From: Takakia lepidozioides
Lineage: Eukaryota; Plantae; Bryophyta
Direction: 5' to 3'
Length of the DNA stretch: 64,000 nt
Assembly (NCBI GenBank): GCA_030704615.1
Contig: CM060733.1
Coordinates: forward strand, 75,826,001 to 75,890,000
Positions 25,490-36,040 of this stretch are shown here, in pieces. Position 1 is the stretch's first letter. Each line of letters starts with the position of its first letter. The position numbers were made by a program, and so were the translations under genes. The notes under the pieces were generated by a model, which saw only the letters and a list, made by a program, of their open reading frames with translations, searched no databases and was not told where the DNA came from.

Positions 25490-27512
25490 AGAAGAGAGAG
25501 AGAGTTAGTTGTTGACAAGAATGAGATATTACAATGTTACACTGATCTTCGCACAGCGGTGTGTAAGGCCATTGACGACCCTATTGAACGGACTGCCATA
25601 CTGAAACATTCTTTCATCAAGGGCTTGCCACCAGCAGAAAGAGTCTTTCTACAGAAGCAACATTATCATCATGAAGACCAGATGGTTGGACTCTTGGAAG
25701 AAAGGCTTAGATTAAAAGCTGCAAAGGCTGGTGTACCCAACACTTCCCCCGCCAAGGCTACCCATTTATTGGCCAGCTCTTGTGGTACTAACGTTTCTGA
25801 TTCTCATGAAGGGGGGAAGCTTTGCACAGATGAGCTACTTCCTGCCATTGTACAAGAGCTGCACCAATTTTGTAGTGAGGTGCAGGACCGAATAAAGTGA
25901 AGTAACCCGACATCCCTCGGATTCTGATGGCCAACATGTTCAAGGTAACAAGCCTACTGGTTCTCGTGGCAAGCCTCAAGCAGGTCAGAGGTATGTGAAC
26001 AAGGCTCTTTTGCCTGCTTGCATGATTTGCAAGTCTACTGAATACTATACTCGCTAGTGCCCGTTTCAGTCAGATTTACCAGCTTTGATTGAACAGCTTA
26101 AAGAGAAAAAAAGTTTAAACAACGGACGTCGAGGTGTGAGGGTGCCAGGCGATCATCCCCAGAATCCTACATCCGTGGTAAGTGCGGTCCTTTCTCAAGA
26201 TTTTAAGTTGTTACACTGCAAATCGTTTCACAGGCCCAGTAAGCTCCGTGTTCACCCGCTTATGATGCAATGCCATGTGGGTCGTCTGTCCTTTTCCTGC
26301 ATTATTGACACTGGTTGTACAATGTTTGCCATACCCTTTAGTGTTGTTCGTGTGTTGGGGTTTAAGCTACAATCTGCTAAGGGACTGGAGGTAACCATTG
26401 TAGATGGCACAGCCTATGAGCCTCTTGGGTTGGTCACTTTACCTATCCGTATTAGTGGCAAGACGGTCACTCTCACGTGCATCGTTACCCTGGGTGAACA
26501 ATTTCTCCTTGGCTTAGACCGGATGAAGGCAGCTGAAGCCAGCATTGATCTTGCTGACAGCACCATGTGTCTTCACAATGGCGAAGGCCACCCTTATAAG
26601 GTAGCCTTCCCCTGTTTCTCTTGCTGTGGGCACCTCAATGGCCAATTTTGCTAAATTGCAGCTACATGCTACTAGCATGCAAGAATAGGTGGGTTTGCAT
26701 TATAACTGGGCACAATTTAGTCAATATGAAGCTGCTGATGGGTGTCTTCATCAATGGCAATTTCCCTCACCAGGTCAGAAGAGTGGACCCTCTTTGCCTG
26801 TTCCCAAGAACACATTGTTGCTTCGCTCCCCTATTGGCTTTGGTCTGCCTGCCTTCTCTCAACGTATAGTGCCATCAGGATTAGCATTTGTATGCCCTAA
26901 AGGCCACTTCCTAGAAGTGGAAGGCTGGAAAAAGTAACCTTTGCAAAAACATTGCCTCATGGCAGCAGGTGTGATTGATTGTGGATTTAAAGGTGAAGTG
27001 CGGCTTTTGATTGCTAACCCCGAGCATATACCTGTTCATGTGCGGAAGGGACAGGTGCTGGCAAGACTTTCTGCTGTCCCTCTTTCAAAGTTAGCTTCGG
27101 TTCAGCGTGCCTTGTCCCTCCAAGACATAGGGCTTGTTGACAGCCCCTTGGATCAGCTGCAATCATTTGTTGCTCATCAAAGTTCCCCTGCTTGCCCAAC
27201 GCTTACCCCTGCCCAGGAGACTCATTTTCAACAGGTACTCACTGACATCAAGGTGGGTGATCATCTTACCCCTGCCAAAAAACATGATCTTCATCTGTTT
27301 ATTTGCAACAATCTAGATGTGTATAGCCAAGGCCCTCATGATCTTGGCAAGACTGACATTCTGCAGCATGATATAATCACTAAAGGATCCCCTGTCAAGC
27401 AACATGCATATAGGGAGAGTGTTTGTGAGCGCAAGATCATCCACGAGGAAATCGCCCGCATGCTTGACGTAGGCGTGATCACTCCCTCTATTACTCCATG
27501 GGCCAGTCCCAT
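25490..27512 (+). mobile_element. Ty3/gypsy LTR-retrotransposon internal fragment: gag, zinc knuckle, aspartic protease, dUTPase-like domain, RT N-terminus
   Basis: Gag-like FIKGLPP; degenerate knuckle CMICKSTEYYTR*CP (~26019-26063); protease IIDTGC...FLLGLD; dUTPase-like VPSGLAFVCPKG...AGVIDCGFKGEVRLLIAN...VRKGQVLARL; gypsy RT start PVKQHAYRES...EEIARMLDVGVITPSITPWASPI, cut at 27512. Confidence 0.88.
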
Positions 27513-27719
27513 CACTACAGGAAAAGGGGGGCCCTTGCGACGCCTGGGCCACGCCGCAGCATCGGGAAAACGCGCATTTCGGGCACACGGTAGGCGCAGA
27601 ATTTGCGACGCCCGACAGTAGCATGGGCATTGCCAAAATGACATCGCAAAAATGCGACGTATGGGGGTCACGAGCCCCCGCCCCAACTCCCGCGATTGCC
27701 GGACGTCGCTTTTCGGGCC

Positions 27720-27890
27720 GTCCGCGCCGATGGCAGGGGTCTTTTGATGGGGATGTCGTCTTCGAGCTGCCTCCACCTGGGCGGGGTGGACTTGTTTCGA
27801 GCCTCATGCACGGAATGGACAAGAGACACGATGGACACTCATGGTGCAGAACGAAGACATCCAATATTCAAAATGATGACAAGCGGTGAA
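27720..27890 (+). pseudogene. Short fragment of a GCM/WRKY-like MULE-associated protein captured inside the CACTA left arm
   Basis: FDGDVVFELPP...MHGMDKRHDGHSWCRTKTSNIQND aligns by eye with VDGNIFFEFPP...LTDMDRKHDGHPWCVTKTTSMK at 38728-39282. Confidence 0.6.
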
Positions 27891-28938
27891 ACCTATTTTA
27901 AAAGTTGACATACCGTTAAAGAGCCTTCCAGAAACAGTTGTCAAAACAGTTCATAAAATAGTTGGTAAGCAGTTATGTGCCTTTATCGACCCATGTGAAA
28001 TGACGGCAGAGACCGACATCCCATGCCATCCCAATGTGTTCAGCCATGTGGAAAGCCGACAATGCATTGAGTGAAGGGTTTAAGAGATATCGGCGGTGAA
28101 CGAATGGAAGATGTTGAACCGGGAGAATCCAAAAAATCCAGTGAAATAAGTCATCCATCCGTATCAAATCTATGTGATGGCCATACCTCCATAATGAAAG
28201 ACGGCGGCCACTGCAGAATGGACGAGTGTGCAGTTAGGAGGGGGACACGTGTGCAGTGAATACATGCATAACCGCCGAGAACGATGCCCCGACTGCTAGT
28301 CATCGCACGACGTCTCTCATCCCAGTAGATCGTAGTTTTTCAAGCTGGAAGTAGCAAGAGACAGAGTCCCACGCGAGAGAGTGGAAGGCGTAGAAGACAG
28401 TCATTCTTTTTCACTTCAGCGCGAGAGAGGAAGAAGGCAAGAGAGAGAATGAAATGTCGCAATCTGAACATGACACTGAAGGAGATCGCAGAGGAGAGCG
28501 CGGCCCTGGAAACAAACCACATGGCGGGGGAGGACCAGCCACCAGCTCCTGATGAACTTGGGGACGAAACTGCGTCAGAGGACGACACAGACGATATGGA
28601 CACAGACGAGCCAGACGCTGTTGCGAAGGAATCCACGCCGAAGGGGAAGAATGTCGTGGAGGAGGAGGCGACGCCGAAGGGTAAGAAGGCTGCCCAAACT
28701 AGGAGGACGGCCGCCATTGTTGCTACATTGAAGGCATCTGGGAGTTCTTCAGCCAAAGGACCTCAGGTGATTCTCTTACTTGCCATCTTCAGTCAAGTTT
28801 CTAGGGCATGAAAATTTCGTGCGGTGGCGTACGCAATTTTCTTGCCCTCTTTTCTGCTATTTTATGCTTGATCATTCAGAGTAAGACCACAGGGATGCAG
28901 GCAATGCACAAACACCAAACCCGGGGGTGACCCACTAC

Positions 28939-31900
28939 TCACTTTTCATCTACTGCATAGGAGGAGGGACTTTCACATTTCATAATGGTTGTACCATCCC
29001 AGTTACAGAGATTAGAGTCCGAGAAATGAGAGAACGTCAATTGCCTCACCCCATGGAGATCCGAGACCATGATAGATACGTCTTCCTCTTGGCTGAGCAT
29101 GCACAACCACCTTCCAATTCCCCCCTCTTGTTTTGTCATCGGAGAAGAAAACTTGTTCCATGTCTGAAGGCCGTGAAAAAGGCTCATCGGAGGGACGATG
29201 AGTAGGGTTGAGCCTATCTGCATTGACGCGCATGAAACCACAATCATCTTACACTAGTGTTGCGGAGGGCCCCACAATATGTGGCTAGAACCACCTTCCC
29301 TTGAAGAAAAGAGGCCGGTACCTTGTATACTGAAGTTGGAGTATGCTCTCAAGCTCTCCAATGTACTCAAGTTTGTTCATAGCAGGTCGTGTATCTCCCT
29401 TGCCCCACATGGAGTCTTGCCAATATGTGGCACACAAGCCAGAATCAAAGGTTGTTTTGCGCTTCATGTCAAGAGCACGAATGCGGAAATGACGACCGTG
29501 AACCCAAACCGCCGTGTATGAGGTCGCGAATTGAGAGGGGCCCCTTGCAATGTCTTGCACCAAATCTGAAATCACCTCTCCTTGAACAACGGCGTCATAA
29601 ACTGAAGTCCAAAGCCACTGTTGTATACCCCTCCGCCATGCTACCCTCTGGGTGCGCCATTTGTCTTACAAATCCTTTCAAAGTCTTCATATAACGCTCA
29701 AGGAAGTACATCCACCGAGAATGAACGGGGCCGGCAATCAAAGCCTCTTCCACTAAGTGCACTACCAAGTGCACTTGGATGTCAAAGAAGGAGGGAAGAA
29801 GGTGCATCTCCAACATACACATTACCTCCGCCGCCTCCTTCTTCATGCGTGGAAAATCCGCTTCTTCCAACTCTTTGGAGTAAATCCGCCGGAACAAGCC
29901 TCCCAATCTATAGATTGTCTCACGAACCTCGGGATTCAATGTCCCACGTACTGCAATGGGCAAGATGTCTTGCAATAGATTGTGGTAGTCATGAGACTTC
30001 AAACCATGGACCCCGTCTTCTTCGCTGAACTTCGTACGGAGGGATGACCCATAACCAGTTGGTGTTCGGACAGCACTTATGGTGGCTATCATTTTTTTGT
30101 ATTCCTCCTTTGTCCATTGCCAAGGTGTGTGCCTATACTTCCACCGTACAACACCCTTTGGGTCCACACCATTTTGTCCGGCCCATAGATGGCGCATGCG
30201 ACCCTGCTCCTCAAGATCCTTTCTAACACCGAGAGAATATCCTTTTGCAGCCACTCCCTTCTTTGCCGGCGTGCCATGAAGAACCCGAAAAAAGGACGAG
30301 CAGACATTCTTCTCAATATGCATGGGATCTAGAAGATGGCGAATCTTCAGGTCCTACATATATCCCCACCCACAAATACTTACACAAATTTTTTTACGTG
30401 AAAGTGACAATGCAACGCATACCAAATGTGCAATATCACATGCATGCATAGGGATATTGACGGGGTTTTTGTGGAATATGTACCACCTAATATGGCAACT
30501 CGTAGAAGATTGAAAGTCGTTTCATGCCGGGCACGTCCACTTCACCGTCCGTGCCCGCATGGGCCTCCTTCCATCGGTCCTCCCAAAACTGCCCGGACGG
30601 TGTCATAGGGGGGGGACGTACTTCCTCTTTGCCATCAAACAAGTGTTTCTCTCTTCTTCTCCATCGATGGCTCATAGGAAGAAATTTGCGGTAGTTGGGA
30701 TACACCATCTTGTGAAGATGGCGGGAGCTATGTGCATCAAGATCATCGCCACAATGCAAGCATGCATGGTACCCTTTGGTGCTTAGCCCTGAGCAAACAG
30801 TTAGTCATGTACTACACATCCCGCCACATTAGCAAAAACAAAAAGTTGTCATGTGCATGGCCCATAATGCCATCTACCCCACTACGGTGCACAAGACTAT
30901 CGCCGCTACTTCAATCAATCCCAATCCTTATCGATATTATCCGGCATTGACAAGTGAATGTACACGGGTTGTTCATGGGGAACATAATATACCTGGATAA
31001 TCATGCATTGTCCAAAGCAAGATGCCTCTCATCTGAAAAGATTGTCCGGCCATAGGGTCAAGTGAAGCATCCAATGCCGGGACCCCCCTCCATAGCTCCT
31101 TAAGTTCATTAACAAGAGGTCGCAAGTACGTGTCCATGTTTGGCACTTGTTTTTTCCCTATGAGACATTTACATCATTGTTTCAATGCTCCACCAATATG
31201 GAAATTATACTACAAAATGAATTAGACGTCTTACTCCATGATTATGTCACTCATTAATCTTGCATCCGAATTGCGTCAGAGATCATAAATTTAATGTAAA
31301 GTCTAAGGCAATAATAACTATGAAATGAGTACACTCACCTGGCACAATGGCAGCCAACATGATATGGCCTTTTTTAATTGAAAGATACGGATGGATGTTG
31401 TAATTCACCATGGTCACCGGCCAAGTGGAATGACTATATGACTGGACACAGAATGGGTTGACCCCATCCGAGGAGAAGCCGAGGTGGACATGTCGTGGGT
31501 CCTCCAAGAGAAAATGCCACATCTCTTCAATATGCCTCCATGCTTGTGAATCTTGTGGCCCGCACACCTTTCCCGGGGGGCTCCGATGCGAGGCGTGCCA
31601 TCTCATGAGTCTGGCCAATTCGGGGCTTCGGTACTGTGCCCTCACTCGCGGGATGATCGGAAAGTAATGCATTTTCTAGGATGAAATACCTCACGCCCCC
31701 CACATGTAATCATCCCATTAGCACACATAATACAACACCATTATGTCTTTCCCTTTATGCAGCCTCTCCCTCATTTGGGTGTGAATGGTCAAAACCGAAC
31801 GTCACTCCTTTCACTCCTCACTCACTCCTTCCAAAACCACAATCAGATCTTGCATGAGTACTACTCTCTAAACCCTAAACTTTGTGGAATACACTTTACA

Positions 31901-32603
31901 TACATTGAGAAGATTAAAGAAAGTAATATCCATGCGAGGGGGGATGACGCTTATACCTTGCATGGTACTTTTTTTTCCCTTGGACAGCATCCCAATATCG
32001 GTCTTTCTTGCACTTTGGGCACTTGGTGAGACGCGAATCCTCTCCGTAGTATAGGGTTTTATCACATGGACATGCATGAAAAATCTTATAGCCCATCCCC
32101 ATAGAGTCCAAGACTTCGCGCGCCTCTTTCCGCGACCGTGGCATCTTGGGTTTCAAGTGTGGAGCAAGGATATAGTCTGCAATAGTTTGCATTATGGCAG
32201 ACATCCCAACATTACTTATGCCAAATTGAATTTTGGAGATTGAACAAAAGTAAGATTGTTGAAAATTGACTCACTTTCGCCCCTTCGTACAAGGGAGTTC
32301 TCGCCTCCATCTCCATGTCATTTGAGGGGGCCATTTCAGGATCATCGATTGGCCGGGTTCCCTCTTCATGGGATGCATCAGCGCCCACATGATGCATTAA
32401 GAGATCCTCCATGGCTTGTACATCCTCCTGGTTAATTCCATGCTCATTGTTGTTGTCACTGTCACTGTCACTGTCACTGTCATCGTCATCATCGTCCGGT
32501 ACCGTGGGGGCGGCGTCTCGCCCACGGCTCCCGCCTGATGTACTTGGGTTGTTTTCGGATGGGGTGCCAAGAGAAAGGACCGGGAAGGGATGGACAAAGT
32601 CCT
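28939..32603 (-). pseudogene. CACTA TnpD-like transposase (Transposase_21 plus DUF4218/DUF4216-type regions), multi-exon and frameshifted
   Basis: Motifs: PLYEGAKVS; HACPCDKTLYYG...CPKC; YFPIIPR...DSQAWRH...LGFSSDGVNPF...STWPV...YN; DTYLRPLVNELKELW; MHIEKNV; LKSHDYHNLLQDILP; FFDIQVHLVVHL...GPVHSRWMYFLERYMKTLK...EGSMAEGY; DEPFSRPSDMEQVFF. Several frameshifts and stops interrupt the frame. Confidence 0.92.
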
Positions 32604-33350
32604 GATACGAACAAATGAACATAGGGACCTATATTATAATGTGTCCTTGCAACCATACACTTCGTTATAAGCGAAATGCAAACAACAACCTTCAATGTGT
32701 GCGTGCATCAAATATGTCATTCAATAATTACATGTATGTGCGCAACGCAACGTACATGCATGCAAAGTTTCAAACCCAAACAAAATCATTTGCCCCCCCA
32801 ATGACGCATTCACCCTATCAACCAATTTTTGTTTATTAATGTGAAAGAAAATCCTCTCATGCCATTGCACATAATAAACGGATGTGGCTCAAGCTTCATT
32901 TTTTCCTACATGTGCTTAAATATGTGTGCAATACATGTACAAAGATCTAGCAGAAGAAAAAAAAAACATTGAAGAGTGCATAAAGTTGAAGATAACTCAA
33001 CTTTGGAGTGCAAATGAGAGAACAAAATCTGGTTATGGGTCCAAATGACTTTTGTTTACTCCCAAATTTTGCACGCACATTGAATATGCTATCATTAAGC
33101 ATATGGCTTGAAAATGGAATTAAAAAAAAAATCATCTACAGGCGAAACGCAATTTTCCGTCTCTATGACACGTAGCTGCGTTCAACACTAGAATGACCCA
33201 TTGAATCAACTTGGTTCAAGCTCATATTTGGTCCATATGTGCATAAGTATGTTTAGATCACATATGCAAAGTTGCAACCCACACGAGCAACAATTTTTTT
33301 TTTACATCAATCGATTAATCGGATGTATACAAAGTACATCATGAGAATAT

Positions 33351-33932
33351 CTACAATGCCCCTCTACGCGATCCCTGTCTCAAAGGAACCCTTTTTCTAT
33401 CATACACATCCCACTCACGCTGTAATCGGAGGTCCCAATCATCCCGGGAGAACTCGTATGATGCAAATAGTTCGCTGCCAGCCCTAATAGTCCTACTAGC
33501 ACATGTCATCACAAACATGTGCATCCCCTCACAGTATACTGACGTATGACCACAAAAGCTCTCATGCCCATCGCTTCGCTCGTCCCATACTACATTGGTT
33601 CTCCTAGGATGACCAAAAGAACTATTGACCAGCCCAGCAACATTGCTAAAGATGTCGGGGTCACCATCACAAAATCTGATCTCAATGGGAGACAACCCCC
33701 GTCTACGTACATCCTGTCCGTTGACACACAAAATGTAGGGTAGGATGTATGGGGCTTCGAGGCGTAACGTACGGAACTCCGCGGAGGTGTAGTATGGACC
33801 GTAGTAGGGAAACAAGTCCACCATGTTGTTTCTCCGAATATGAACCACAATATCATTGATCGTGAATAAACCCCGACCCATAGCAGGGTCTGTAGCGGCT
33901 CTCACAACATACACTAGAAGCATTCGTGTCAT
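33351..33932 (-). CDS. Intronless stand-alone SET-domain protein (putative lysine methyltransferase), 193 aa, within the CACTA region
   Basis: SET motifs appear in order: GRGLF (motif I), PYYG (YxG), NVAGLVNSS...N (variant of RFINHSCxPN) and CASRTIRAGSELFASY (AxRxIxxGEELxxxY, terminal Tyr retained). The ORF is uninterrupted and has no pre- or post-SET Cys clusters. Confidence 0.8.
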   Translation of the reverse strand: MTRMLLVYVVRAATDPAMGRGLFTINDIVVHIRRNNMVDLFPYYGPYYTSAEFRTLRLEAPYILPYILCVNGQDVRRRGLSPIEIRFCDGDPDIFSNVAGLVNSSFGHPRRTNVVWDERSDGHESFCGHTSVYCEGMHMFVMTCASRTIRAGSELFASYEFSRDDWDLRLQREWDVYDRKRVPLRQGSRRGAL

Positions 33933-34552
33933 TTACCACTGGGGTAACGACTCATTTTGAGTTGTAAAAGTCAAAAAACTGGGATCGACTGGAAGTTACA
34001 ACAGACTAGTTACAACAGACGTGGTAGTTGGGTTGGATATCCAATGATTGGAGTGGTAAAGGACGCAGACGCGCGAACAACTGCTCAGCGATTAATGCGA
34101 TTAATGCTGAAGAACCACGTGGCGTAACCAGGCGGGCCGCCCGTGTGTCTGACCTTTTGGGCTGACTTTGACTTTTCCCTCCAGATGAGTGGACCGACTC
34201 ACCGAAGCGCGGTGATACATGGACGCGGACGTGGACGACGATGTGGACACCGACGTGGCGGCGCCACAACGAGTAGCACTGCTGCCACGTGGCCACGGGC
34301 CTGGGGCGCCACGTGGTAGTAGACCACATAACTTGCAGTGCTACATGCCCAAGTGGCAATTGCGACTGCGGAAGTTGGCGCAACCACTGCTTTACTACTT
34401 TACATGAAGTGCTCAAAATTACTTGAACAATCATTCATAGTGATTCATGCTTTGGAGTTTTGGTGTTTGTAGTGAGTCAACTAGTAATGCCATACAAGAG
34501 AACTAATCATGCATTAGAAATGCACAAACGATGAAAGACATGCCATGAAACA

Positions 34553-34586
34553 AAATGAAATGAAAATGAATGAAATGAAACAAAAT
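34553..34586. repeat. (AAATG)n-like short tandem repeat
   Basis: aaatgaaatgaaaatgaatgaaatgaaacaaaatg. Confidence 0.7.
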
Positions 34587-34769
34587 GGTACTTTATTACA
34601 TCTGCGGAAAGCTCAAAGAGCTTATGGGACAAAATGAAAAACACAAAGTAAAAAAGCAGCCCAAAAGCTACTGCTGCTCTGGGGATTGCCTAAGGGTCAA
34701 GGCCTCGTGCAAGTAAGCTGTCAAGCAGTTCTGATCCTCATAATGCAAGACTTCAGTGAGTTCCATGGA

Positions 34770-35850
34770 ATAGACCATCTACCCATGGAGGTTTCTTGTA
34801 GTTATTGATCCACAGGGAATCATAGATAAATCTTGTGCTTGAAATTTGGCCCTCTAGGATGAATCTGGACCACACTCTATTCCTGCTCCTTCAGCTATCC
34901 ATGCCCCTGCACAAATCATGCATTCATCCTTGCCTTGCTGCTAGTAGCTGACAATGACAACCTACATTTGTTCTAGGAAACACCCAACTCAGCTTATCAC
35001 ACTAGTTCCTATGCTCAATTGCATCTGCTACTCTCTGAAATGTAGCAAGCATTCACCTTTTTGCCTCGGTTGTCCCATCATTGACTGGGGGCAAAAAAGT
35101 ATTCACTCCACAGCTTCTCCTCATGTCTGTTACTTGTTTTTTGATACTTTCCTGTTGTCGCATAGCAGTATCATGTCAAAGTCACTCCAAACTAGATTCA
35201 CTCAACCAGCTAACTTGCAGAATTCAACATGGAAATTTTGGGCCGATTCTGATAAGAGGGAAAAATAGGGTGAAATGTGCTGAAGAAGATGCCTTCATTA
35301 ACAATGTCTGATTTTATCAATTGTGCCGATGCTGCCAGTTGACCATCTACATATGCAGGTTTCTTGTAGCTTCATAGTTAATCTGGAGCTTGAAGTCCGG
35401 CCCTCTTGGGTGAATCTGCACCCACACTCTATCCTTGCTCCTTCAGCTATCCATGCCTCACACGAATCAAGCATACAACCTTGCCTTGTTGCTAGCAGTT
35501 GACGATGACAGCCTGACTTGTTCTAGGAAGCACCCAACTCAACTTATCACACTAGTTCCTACGCTCAATTGCATCTGCTACTCTCTATAATCCAACAAAC
35601 ATTCACCTTCTTGCCTCGATTGTCCCACCATTGACTGGGGTCAGAAAAGTATTCATTCCACAACTTCTCCTCGTCTGTGTTACCTATTTCTGATACTTTC
35701 CTGTTGTCACATTGGCAGAATCATGTCAAAGTCACTCCAAACTATCAAAACTTCACTCAACCAGCTAACTTGCAGAATTCAGACATGAATAATTAGGGGC
35801 GATTCTGATAACAGGGGACAACAAGGTGAAATTGAAGAAGATACCTTCAT
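34770..35850 (-). pseudogene. Tandem ~550-bp exon-intron units encoding OSB-type PDF motifs (two copies), decayed
   Basis: Units ~34770-35335 and ~35340-35850 are clearly homologous to each other and to 24150-24530. Across an intron (AAG|gtgaat ... cag|) they read LWNEYFSDPSQWWDNRGKK|IHPRGPDFKLQI and IHPRGPNFKHKI..YDSLWINNYKKPPWVDG. Confidence 0.78.
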
Positions 35851-35889
35851 TAGTAGTCATTACACTCTATCCTTCGCTCAGCCATATTG

Positions 35890-36040
35890 TTGAACACTCC
35901 CTGTCCACAAGGGTATTGTTCAGAATGACATCTGCCACAATTCCAGCTTTGACGATGCAACCATGGACCTCTTTGCCCTTCCCCAGCAGGCTCGCACATG
36001 CACTACAAACGCAAACAAAACTGGTTGTGGCAAACTGGGA
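35890..36040 (-). pseudogene. PPR (L-type motif) fragment directly upstream of the PDF repeats on the same strand
   Basis: TSFVCVCSACASLLGKGKEVHGCIVKAGIVADVILNNTLVD. Confidence 0.8.

Larger units (their letters stand above)
27513..34474 (-). mobile_element. CACTA (En/Spm) DNA transposon region, rearranged; right boundary tentative
   Basis: CACTACAGGAAAAG begins at 27513 exactly where the gypsy RT stops and is followed by tgcgacg subterminal repeats. The region contains TnpD coding sequence and ACGTGG-rich subterminal repeats at 34018-34316. A candidate right end TGTAGTG lies at 34468-34474, with only a 7-bp TIR match and mismatched TSDs (cat vs agt). Confidence 0.7.

Noticed and set aside
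28340-28756. 138-aa - strand Ser-rich, hydrophobic ORF
   Set aside because: It is the antisense of the acidic + strand exon, which explains its composition.
34770-35850. Repeat units considered as a CRISPR-like or other prokaryotic array
   Set aside because: The units are ~550-bp exon-intron duplications in a spliceosomal-intron genome. There is no short repeat-spacer structure, no cas genes and no operon organisation anywhere in the window.
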